Positions 29,417 through 37,236 of a DNA stretch of 44,768 nt are shown here, in pieces. The DNA lies in sequence record SRR31156797_4857; one strand, given 5' to 3'. The notes under the pieces were generated by a model. It had not been told where the DNA came from. It was given only the letters and a program-made list of their open reading frames with translations, and searched no databases. The position numbers were made by a program, and so were the translations under genes. How positions within the stretch are numbered: position 1 is the stretch's first letter; the number at the start of each line of letters is the position of its first letter.

Positions 29417-29715
29417 GTTTTTTTGTGTGCCTCACGTGTGACGTTATGGATTTGTTGAATGGACAAGAATGCCTGTTTAAAATTTTTTAACTATTGAAAG
29501 GTGTCCAAATAATATTCATCTTTCTTTTTATGGTCAATGGGATTGCTTATGTGGCTGTGTAAAGCATTGAAGCTTTTGATGGTGGTGCTACCACCTTGTT
29601 CGCCATGAGAGCTCTTGCCTTTTTCGTGTTTTTAGGTATATTGGCCGTTTTATTTCCCCGCTTTTTGGGGAGGTTTAGCCTAAAGTATATTTTTTAGAAG
29701 CGTTACACATTGTAG

Positions 29716-29885
29716 TATCGGTCTCTTGAAAACTGGTTTTTTCAGTCAAGGCCAAGGTATGATTTGATTTTTATCGTAGGCATATGGTTAATATTCCGAG
29801 GATATTTTTTTAATCATAACCAGGTTAGCGTGGGTTGTGAGATTCTGCGAGATTGGAAGAAAAGCTTTTTTTAAGACAGCCTATA
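29716..29885. mobile_element. Degenerate MITE-like repeat, related to the 39367-39529 element
   Basis: Core AGGCATATGGTTAATATTCCGAGG resembles AGGCATATAATTGATAT..TCCGAAGG; imperfect terminal inverted repeats (TCGGTCTCTTGAAAA / TTTTTAAGACAGCCTA). Confidence 0.45.
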
Positions 29886-29927
29886 GTTGTTTAACGTCTT
29901 TTCTTATATTTTCATTGGGGGCGTGTA

Positions 29928-30683
29928 ATGAATGTCGATGAATTAGAAAAAAAGGAAAATGAAGGGGTGGATAACCTTCCCTCGTTGGAGCGTAGAACTT
30001 TTCTTCGTGCCGGTTTAGCGGTTACCGGACTTTTTATGGGGGGTACGGTAATGTCGTTAACCTCTGCAGAAAAGGTTCTTGGGGCCATGGGGGGGCAGGA
30101 GTCGGTAGCAAAATATCCATATAGTCCGCATTACAGCATGGTTATGCGTCAACATCTTTGTGTTGATTGTGAGCTTTGTATGGAAGCCTGTGTGCGCACA
30201 AATCATGTCCCTCACTATGGGTACAGGACCACTATTCTTGAGCGTTATCGCGAGACTGGGCCAACAAGCAAAGAGCGGATATTTACCCCGGTTCTTTGTA
30301 ATCAGTGTAATCGTCCCCCCTGTGTGCGAGTTTGCCCGACCGTGGCGACTTACAAGGACAAAAAAACCGGTATCATCGTGATGGATGAAAAAAAATGTAT
30401 CGGTTGTAAGACTTGTATGGCTGCCTGTCCCTATAATGCCCGTTATTTTAACGAGGAAACTCGGGCCGTAGATAAATGTAACTTTTGTTTTGATACCCGT
30501 CTCTCGAAAGGGATGAAGGATACGGCATGCGTGGAAGCCTGTCCGGCTGGGGTAAGGGTGTTCGGGGACTTGAGCGATCCGGCCAGTGAAGTATACAGCC
30601 TGGTGCACAAGCCCGGAACAGTTGTCTGGGTGCTTCGCCCTGAAACAGGTGCTTTGCCGAATGTATTTTACATGAACGCCTAA
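29928..30683 (+). CDS. Tat-exported 4x[4Fe-4S] protein, NrfC/TtrB/DsrO family
   Basis: ERRTFL Tat motif; CVDCELCMEAC, CNQCNRPPCVRVCP, CIGCKTCMAACP, CNFC...CVEACP. Confidence 0.93.
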   Translation: MNVDELEKKENEGVDNLPSLERRTFLRAGLAVTGLFMGGTVMSLTSAEKVLGAMGGQESVAKYPYSPHYSMVMRQHLCVDCELCMEACVRTNHVPHYGYRTTILERYRETGPTSKERIFTPVLCNQCNRPPCVRVCPTVATYKDKKTGIIVMDEKKCIGCKTCMAACPYNARYFNEETRAVDKCNFCFDTRLSKGMKDTACVEACPAGVRVFGDLSDPASEVYSLVHKPGTVVWVLRPETGALPNVFYMNA

Positions 30684-30703
30684 CCCATTTAAGGAGAGAT
30701 ACA

Positions 30704-31408
30704 ATGAGAATGTCATTCAAGTTGGCAACGATTTTGGGGGTAGCAATTGTGGCTGGCGGGCTCCAGGTAGACAGGGCAGCTCAAGCAACGGCCGAACTAG
30801 AAAAACAACCTGTTGAAGAAAAGGTGCTTCATTCATATGGCGACACGTTGATACTGAAAAAAGAGCCGGTTGGTAATATGTTCAACCACAATTCCCATGT
30901 CATTGAATATGAGCTTTCCTGCGATTCCTGTCACCCGGATCTCTTTGAAAGAAAGCGTGGAGCTGCAAGGGATAATGGCGACTACACCATGGCTTCTTTG
31001 GAAGAAGGGATGTATTGCGGTGCTTGTCACGATGGCGATACAGCTTTTAACACCGTTGATGAAGATACCTGTGTTACCTGTCATGGAAGCGATATGGTAG
31101 AGCCGGAAACAGTGGTTTTTGTTAAACCTGTAAAAGCCGTAATTTTTAACCACACTGAGCATAAGGAAATGGGCTTTGATTGCGCAAGCTGTCATGATGA
31201 ACTTTTCGAGATGCGAGTCGGTGCAGCTGAAGAACAGCCTGAGAAATTCACCATGGCTGCTCTGTATGATGGAAAATTTTGCGGAGCCTGTCACAATGGA
31301 GATGATGCCTTTGCATCTGATACACTTTGCACCACTTGCCACATAGGTGTGCAGGGGTTTGAAAGGATGCATGGAGGAGGAGAAAAAACTGCTGAGAAGG
31401 AGCATTAA
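30704..31408 (+). CDS. Hexaheme cytochrome c with two c7-type triheme domains
   Basis: Signal peptide; 6 CxxCH; duplicated FNH..H..CxxCH..(Y/F)TMA.L..G..CGACH.G..AF...CxTCH unit. Confidence 0.9.
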   Translation: MRMSFKLATILGVAIVAGGLQVDRAAQATAELEKQPVEEKVLHSYGDTLILKKEPVGNMFNHNSHVIEYELSCDSCHPDLFERKRGAARDNGDYTMASLEEGMYCGACHDGDTAFNTVDEDTCVTCHGSDMVEPETVVFVKPVKAVIFNHTEHKEMGFDCASCHDELFEMRVGAAEEQPEKFTMAALYDGKFCGACHNGDDAFASDTLCTTCHIGVQGFERMHGGGEKTAEKEH

Positions 31409-31444
31409 TAAGGTTCAGTAGTTCAATCTTTACGTTGGTTTTGG

Positions 31445-31490
31445 AAAAGCCGCATCGGAAGCATTATGCTTCCGATGCGGCTTTTTTTTT
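31445..31490 (+). terminator. Intrinsic terminator
   Basis: AAAAGCCGCATCGGAAGCA-TTA-TGCTTCCGATGCGGC followed by a T9 run. Confidence 0.92.
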
Positions 31491-32088
31491 AGGCATGGGA
31501 CTGTAAGTATAATTTACTGCTGTCGTTGTCCTATAAGTTGTAAATTGAAAAGAGGGAGCTGGTGTTTTTTTCGAATGCTCATTCTTCGTAGGTTTTTCTT
31601 CACGCACTATTTACTGGTGCCGTCTTGGCCCCTGCTGCCTCGTCCTTTCCGTTGTTTCTTCGTTGCTGCTCCATCGGTCATAAGCACAGGTTTGTTTGAA
31701 CCAGATTAGAGATTTGTATCTTTCTAATAGTTGTTTCTAATAAAGCCTTTCCATCTAGCAGTCCTGTTCTAGCTATTTTTTTTACTCTGTAACGGATCAA
31801 TCTGTGGTGCGCGAAGGATTGTATTTGTTGAAGTGTAGGCTCCTGTAGGGCGCAAAATACAGTTTTTGCCGCTCCCTGTTTTTTAAATACCTGAAATAAT
31901 TTGATTTAACTGTAGCCTTCTGTTTGCTGAAGTTTGTTCTTTATTTTGCCGCCTCTTCTGAGGGGAAACGGGTTGCGAGCTATAAGTGGTTGTATGCTCG
32001 TCGTATAGTAATGGTGCCTATGTGCTGCGGTTTTTTTGCTGGTGGCGATGTTTTGGGAGCGTTTTGAGTCATAGGTGGCAGGGGCAAG

Positions 32089-32105
32089 GGGCGCATTGTG
32101 CGCCA
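32089..32105. promoter_or_regulatory. Enhancer (UAS) palindrome for the sigma54 promoter at 32235
   Basis: GGGCGCATTGTGCGCCA, ~130 bp upstream of -24. Confidence 0.65.
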
Positions 32106-32234
32106 TTGGCGTAGTTAATTTACAAGTTTCTTCTGCCTGTAAAACGTGTAACTTTACGTTTGCATATATATTTAATCCCCTTTTTCCGGGGAGTTAGTTT
32201 TTTTCCGTTCTTGTTTGCAGCAGAAGTGTGGTTT

Positions 32235-32249
32235 TGGCACAGCCCTTGC
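32235..32249 (+). promoter_or_regulatory. sigma54 (-24/-12) promoter of NrfD cassette 2
   Basis: TGGCAC-AGCCC-TTGC, consensus spacing. Confidence 0.85.
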
Positions 32250-32301
32250 GATAATAAAGGTAAAGATTCGCAACCACCTGCGGACAACGAGAAAGAGGAA
32301 G

Positions 32302-32538
32302 ATGATGAACATTCTCCAGCAAAGCCCAATGAAAGAAGTCAATAATGATGGCGGTCATTTTTTGATTACTTGGCTTAAGGCCCATATTGGGCAAATCAGT
32401 GAATGGTTTTGGTTCTGCTTTTCTTTCCTGCTTTTTATTGCTCTTGGACCTTTTTCAGCGATAGTTGCATTGATCGGACTGAAGTCCTTGGCAAGTAAAG
32501 AACAGCAGCAGAAAATGGTAGAGCCAGCTCGGTTATAG
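32302..32538 (+). CDS. Small membrane protein, 78 aa
   Basis: GAGG RBS; hydrophobic WFWFCFSFLLFIALGPFSAIVALIGL segment; downstream of the sigma54 promoter. Confidence 0.7.
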   Translation: MMNILQQSPMKEVNNDGGHFLITWLKAHIGQISEWFWFCFSFLLFIALGPFSAIVALIGLKSLASKEQQQKMVEPARL

Positions 32539-32575
32539 AAAATTAACTCAGTACAAAAAGATGAGGAGGTACACA

Positions 32576-33763
32576 ATGGTAAACAGTTTCCCTTTTGCAG
32601 CTACTGCAGAGCCCGAAGTAGCGAGTCCGTCAGTAACCTATTTATCCGGAGCTTTCGCTCTTTTGCTCTTTGTCGGCGTGGTAACCGGTTTGTATGGTTT
32701 TTTCGTCGGGCATGAGCATGTGTATAATGTAAGTCGTGAGGTGCCATGGGGATTGCTCATATCTACATACGCATTTTTTGCAATAACTTCCACCGGCCTT
32801 TGCCTGCTGGCAGCAATTAGTCATGTTTTCGGTGGAAACAAACTGGCCCCTTTGGCAAACAGGATGGTCTGGATTTCCCTCATTACTATCGTGAGTGGGT
32901 TTGTTGTGATTGGGATGGAGATTGCCAATCCCTGGCGGATGGCGATTTACAATATTATCTCTCCCAATATAACATCTAATATTTGGTGGATGGGTACCCT
33001 CTATGGTATGGCCCTCGGATTTATTCTGCTCGAGTTCTGGCTCATTCTTAGTGAGAAGTACAAGCTTGCTTTATTCCTGGGTATTCTGGGTGGCCTTGCT
33101 GAAGTTGCTGCTAATACATGTCTGGGCGGTGTATTTGCCACTCTTGCCTCACGGCCATTTTGGTATGGTGCTCAGTTGCCTGTATACTTTCTTGCTTGTG
33201 CATTTCTCTCTGGCGCGTCTGCAGCCATTGTTTTTACTCACTTTGCTTATGCGATACGGGGTAAACGGATGGAAGAATGCGTTTTTGAGGGTGTTCAGTC
33301 AGCAGGCAAGGTTCTGTTACTTATGCTTATCTTGGTGAGTGTGTCTACTTTCTGGAAAATGGCATCTTTTTATGTGGGCGGATCTTCCGCAGGAAGAACG
33401 GCTGCTGATGCTCTGTACACTGGGCCGTTGTCAACTAACTTCTGGATGCTTGAAGTAGGTGTTGGCCTGATCGCCCCTATTCTTTTGCTCAGCTTAACCA
33501 GAATGAAGAGCCTGATGGCGCTGTCTGCGTCGGGATTGATGGCTCTGGTCGGTATGTTCATTGCACGTCTGGATATGGTAACTGCTGGTCAAATCGTGCC
33601 TCAGCTTGCAGAGTTTGATGTCAGTGCTCCCGTGTATATAAACTATACCCCCTCTGGTCCTGAATGGATTGTTGCTATGGCTGGTATTGGTCTGACAGGT
33701 ATGCTTTTTCTCCAGGGTGAAAGATTCTTTGGTAAGCGATTCTCTGGTCAGGACAGTCACTGA
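32576..33763 (+). CDS. NrfD/PsrC-family membrane subunit (copy 2)
   Basis: VSREVPWGLLISTYAFFAITSTG, MEIANPWR, SNIWWMGTLY, YTPSGPEW; ATG 32576 after AGGAGGT. Confidence 0.92.
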   Translation: MVNSFPFAATAEPEVASPSVTYLSGAFALLLFVGVVTGLYGFFVGHEHVYNVSREVPWGLLISTYAFFAITSTGLCLLAAISHVFGGNKLAPLANRMVWISLITIVSGFVVIGMEIANPWRMAIYNIISPNITSNIWWMGTLYGMALGFILLEFWLILSEKYKLALFLGILGGLAEVAANTCLGGVFATLASRPFWYGAQLPVYFLACAFLSGASAAIVFTHFAYAIRGKRMEECVFEGVQSAGKVLLLMLILVSVSTFWKMASFYVGGSSAGRTAADALYTGPLSTNFWMLEVGVGLIAPILLLSLTRMKSLMALSASGLMALVGMFIARLDMVTAGQIVPQLAEFDVSAPVYINYTPSGPEWIVAMAGIGLTGMLFLQGERFFGKRFSGQDSH

Positions 33764-33834
33764 TTTTTCAATGGACATTAGAGAATGTGGCACAGCTTTA
33801 GGGTTGTGTCACAAATTACTAAAAGAGGCGTGAG

Positions 33835-34191
33835 ATGATCGACGAGAAAAAGGCAATCTTCACCATAGGAGTTGCAGCCCAGATGTTGTCTGTTCATCCG
33901 AGAACATTGAGGATTTACGAAGAAGAAGGGCTCGTGATTCCGATGCGTAAGGGCAAGTGGCGTTACTATACAATGAATGACATTAAGTGGATAGAATGTT
34001 TACGTGAGATGATTCACGAACATGGTGTGTCTATTGCTGCTGTAAAGAAATTGTTGAAGTATACACCTTGCTGGAACATCACTGATTGTCCTTTTGAAAA
34101 ACGGAAACAGTGTACGGCCTTTATGTCAAACGGCCTTATTCCGAAAAAGATTGATAAGCAGAAGTCTAGAAAAGTACAAAATTTGCAATAG
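33835..34191 (+). CDS. MerR-family (HspR-like) regulator with Cys-rich C-terminus (copy 2)
   Basis: FTIGVAAQMLSVHPRTLRIYEEEGLV; PCWNITDCPFEKRKQC. Confidence 0.92.
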   Translation: MIDEKKAIFTIGVAAQMLSVHPRTLRIYEEEGLVIPMRKGKWRYYTMNDIKWIECLREMIHEHGVSIAAVKKLLKYTPCWNITDCPFEKRKQCTAFMSNGLIPKKIDKQKSRKVQNLQ

Positions 34192-34229
34192 GAAGTATTG
34201 CCTCCGTGCAAAATGGTACAGGTTAATTG

Positions 34230-34273
34230 AAAGCCCCGTTCTGAAGCATATCTTCGGAGCGGGGCTTTTTTTT
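34230..34273. terminator. Intrinsic terminator between convergent genes
   Basis: AAAGCCCCGTTCTGAAG-CATAT-CTTCGGAGCGGGGC followed by a T run. Confidence 0.85.
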
Positions 34274-34299
34274 CGGGAGTTTTGGGGGGTGGGAGGGGG

Positions 34300-34698
34300 T
34301 TAAATTCGGCGTCGATGGAATAGGGAGTAGTATCGAAATGTTGCAGTAGCATGTGAGGTGATGCCCGAGAAAAAAATAATCCCTAGTACAGGCCATATTG
34401 GATTGATCCCAGTGTGCTGAAGTATTCCCAGAATCAGAATCTTGACTATGATTAAAAAGCCTCGATTCTGAAAAATCCATTTCCCGTTACTGAAAAGGTC
34501 TGCACCCATCATGAGTAGTCCGCTTGCAGCTGTAACAATATACCAAGGGATTAAGAGCGGTGCGGCTACATCAAAATAGAGGCCTCCGGTGTAAACAGCC
34601 ATGCCGCAAAGGTGGAGGCTCCTGGATATGATGTTAACCCATCGCTTACCTATGAATGTTCTTGATTCTGAGGGGAAAAATGTTTCTCGTAAACGCAT
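34300..34698 (-). CDS. Hypothetical membrane protein (~4 TM)
   Basis: 132 aa hydrophobic ORF (RWVNIISRSLHL..., SGITSHA); start chosen at ATG 34698, could be 34788. Confidence 0.7.
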   Translation of the reverse strand: MRLRETFFPSESRTFIGKRWVNIISRSLHLCGMAVYTGGLYFDVAAPLLIPWYIVTAASGLLMMGADLFSNGKWIFQNRGFLIIVKILILGILQHTGINPIWPVLGIIFFSGITSHATATFRYYSLFHRRRI

Positions 34699-35010
34699 TA
34701 AATAGTGTGGGTATGGTGTGAGTGGTAGGGGAGCAGGCTTTAGGTCTAATAAGGGAAAACCAAGATTTGATATACCCGCATAGGTCATTATGCGTCAACT
34801 GCTTTTTAGTTCATAATAAAATGTGGGGTGGTAATGATCTTTAAGCTGCATTATATAGTGTTGGCAATAAATGATAGCACCTGTAAAAAGCTTTTGCTGG
34901 TTACTGCTGCTTGAGAGGTATCCATTTTTGTTCATGGTAAGCGATAGCCTGACCTGTTACCTGGGTAGGGTTGTATTCGCTTTTTAAAAATATTCATATG
35001 GGTCGTCTTT

Positions 35011-36717
35011 ATGAAACTTTTTTTAACGTCTGTTTCTTGTTTGGCGCTTAGCTGCTGTGTTGTGCTGTCTTGTGCTGCCTCGCCCCTCGGTTCCCCTCGT
35101 CCTGAAGCTCAGGCGAATTTTCAGCAGTTACTCGAAACAAAGAGTTGTCCCGGCTGTGATCTTGCCGGGGCCAATATGATCCGTGTGGATCTGCGTGGGG
35201 TGGATCTGGAAGGTGCCAATCTTGCTGGAGCTAAATTGTTTCTGGCGGATTTGTCTGGTGCAAATTTGAAAAATTCGAATTTGCAAGGTGCGTCTCTTGG
35301 CGGGGCTGATCTTGCCGGGGCAGACCTTCGTGGTGCGAACTTGACAGGTGCAGTTCTTGAGGGTGCTTTTCTTGAAACAGCTAAGATCGATGGCGATTTT
35401 ATCACCCGTCCCCATGTTGATGAGGAATCCTTCGCAGGCTCAGGGGAAAAAGTATATGTGCCGGCAGAAGATCAGTCTAAACAAATGCCGTATTCCCATG
35501 ATGTGGCCGTCGGGGAGCGAAAGGATCTTGAATCGCCTCCTCCTGCGATTCAAAGTGCTGATTCTGGAGACAGTGAACAGGCTGTGCCGCAAAGCGAGGT
35601 TTCCCCTGCTTCTTCCTTAGCCAGCCAGAGTCCTGAGCCGTCTGTGACTGAAGAGGCAACATCTAAAAAGATCGTTCCCATGGCTGATGCAGTTGTCACG
35701 GAAGTAGACGTGGAATCAGTAAAAAGTGTTCCTCCAGTAAGAGTAGAACCTGAGCAGGACGCAAATCTGGTATCGTCCAAAAAAATCCCGGTCATTGAAC
35801 CTGTGGCTAAGACGCCCGTGGTTGAAGAAAAGGCTGTCAATCCGGAAGCCGAAGCAGCTGTTGACCAGGTCGCTAAGAGCAGTGTTGCCGAAGAGTCTCT
35901 TCTTAGCTCGTCGCCGCCGCAGGCCGATAAAAAATCTACCGACAGGATCGAGCAAGTTGGTGTTATTGAGGAGGACATTCAGATCGCAGATAAGCCAACG
36001 GATTTAGCAGAGGATATCGTGACCGGGTCGGTAGCGGGAGGCGTTGCTGCGAAAACTGAAGCTGGAGAGGGCGTTAGCGAGCCTTTCAAGGCTGCAGAGG
36101 AAAATGATGGTACCGTGCCTGAGGCGGCATCATTGGATGAGGTTGCAGGCAGTTCTGGTCAAAAAACGACGGCTGTAGCTCCTGCTCTGCCTCAGGATGA
36201 GCGCATGGCCAGTGGGGAAGATGCAGTCGGTCAAAAGCAGGAAAAGGAGTTGCAAACTGACCAGGGTGTTTCATCCATGATCGCACAGATCGAAGAGGAA
36301 GCGCAGCAGCAACAGCCAGATACAGCAGCAGGGATGTACACGGTTGAAACTCCTGAGCAGGCTGCTGCAAAGCAGCAACTGATTATTGAGAAGCTTTTTG
36401 ATGAAGAGCGCTGTGTTGGCTGTGATTTGTCAGGGATGGATCTTGCTGGGAAAAATTTTAAAGAAATAGATCTTGAGCGGGTTAACTTTCAAGGCTGTAA
36501 TTTACAAGGAGCAGATTTTGAAGAGGCTAATCTGAAAGGTGCCAATTTTCGCGATGCGGATTTGCAAAATGCCGATTTTAGTGAGGCGGATATCTATCGT
36601 GCTGATTTCTCCAATGCCAATCTGACCGGTGCACGCTTTGAAGAGGCACTTATGGATTCTGCTAATTTCACTGGGGCTAAGGGTTTGGTACTCGGAGATG
36701 AGGAGTTGGTAGAGTAA
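35011..36717 (+). CDS. Exported pentapeptide-repeat protein with two repeat domains and a long acidic linker
   Basis: Cys-containing signal; CPGCDL + A(D/N)LxG repeats; CVGCDL + A(D/N)F repeats. Confidence 0.88.
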   Translation: MKLFLTSVSCLALSCCVVLSCAASPLGSPRPEAQANFQQLLETKSCPGCDLAGANMIRVDLRGVDLEGANLAGAKLFLADLSGANLKNSNLQGASLGGADLAGADLRGANLTGAVLEGAFLETAKIDGDFITRPHVDEESFAGSGEKVYVPAEDQSKQMPYSHDVAVGERKDLESPPPAIQSADSGDSEQAVPQSEVSPASSLASQSPEPSVTEEATSKKIVPMADAVVTEVDVESVKSVPPVRVEPEQDANLVSSKKIPVIEPVAKTPVVEEKAVNPEAEAAVDQVAKSSVAEESLLSSSPPQADKKSTDRIEQVGVIEEDIQIADKPTDLAEDIVTGSVAGGVAAKTEAGEGVSEPFKAAEENDGTVPEAASLDEVAGSSGQKTTAVAPALPQDERMASGEDAVGQKQEKELQTDQGVSSMIAQIEEEAQQQQPDTAAGMYTVETPEQAAAKQQLIIEKLFDEERCVGCDLSGMDLAGKNFKEIDLERVNFQGCNLQGADFEEANLKGANFRDADLQNADFSEADIYRADFSNANLTGARFEEALMDSANFTGAKGLVLGDEELVE

Positions 36718-36746
36718 AACAAATTGCATTACCCTGGCTATTATTC

Positions 36747-36775
36747 TTGACAAACGGCGAGCTATTCGTTAAGAA
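36747..36775 (+). promoter_or_regulatory. Putative sigma70 promoter of rpsT
   Basis: TTGACA-N17-TAAGAA. Confidence 0.5.
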
Positions 36776-36835
36776 TCACGACTTAAATTTAATTATTTCA
36801 TCGATATTTATACTATAAAGAGTTAGGAGTAATTC

Positions 36836-37108
36836 ATGGCCAACCATAAGTCCGCTATCAAGAGAGACCGTCAGTCAAAAGTTCGTCGCATGCGCAACCG
36901 CATGGACAAATCTACAATGAAAACTGCTATTCGCAAGGTAGAGGAAGCTCTTGTTGCCGGGTCAGAAGAACAGGCCAAAGAAGCTCTGCAGGTTGCCATT
37001 CCGGTAATCCAGAAAACAGCGGCCAAGGGTACGATTCATAAAAACAATGCATCGAGAAAGGTTTCTCGTCTCACCAGACGTGTAAACAAAATGCAGCCAC
37101 TTGGATAA
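36836..37108 (+). CDS. rpsT: 30S ribosomal protein S20
   Basis: MANHKSAIKR...KGTIHKNNASRKVSRL. Confidence 0.98.
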   Translation: MANHKSAIKRDRQSKVRRMRNRMDKSTMKTAIRKVEEALVAGSEEQAKEALQVAIPVIQKTAAKGTIHKNNASRKVSRLTRRVNKMQPLG

Positions 37109-37149
37109 GGTGGACTCTGCAATACCCTCTGCATAGTTTGAGATGATTT

Positions 37150-37186
37150 AAAGCCATGGAAGCAATTTGCTTCCATGGCTTTTTTT
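37150..37186 (+). terminator. Intrinsic terminator after rpsT
   Basis: AAAGCCATGGAAGCA-ATT-TGCTTCCATGGC followed by a T run. Confidence 0.92.
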
Positions 37187-37236
37187 ATTGTATGTGCTGT
37201 GCTTTTCCATTTTAGAAATCACGAGATACCAGTGTC

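Noticed and set aside
29725-29750. CTTGA...TCAAG as an HspR HAIR operator
   Set aside because: Span is 26 bp, not the 21 bp of CTTGAGT-N7-ACTCAAG, and it lies in the MITE-like remnant
31607-31681. 24-aa minus-strand ORF MTDGAATKKQRKGRGSRGQDGTSK
   Set aside because: No clear RBS, no motif, and an equally long overlapping ORF in another frame
32160-32345. 61-aa ORF from the track
   Set aside because: Spans the sigma54 promoter and overlaps the better-supported 32302 gene
33788-33802. TGGCAC as a sigma54 -24 element before merR copy 2
   Set aside because: No GC at -12 (TGGCACAGCTTTAGG); better explained as a hairpin arm
37187-37236. trp attenuator leader or T-box upstream of trpE
   Set aside because: Only ~50 bp after the rpsT terminator; no Trp-codon leader or T-box motif seen
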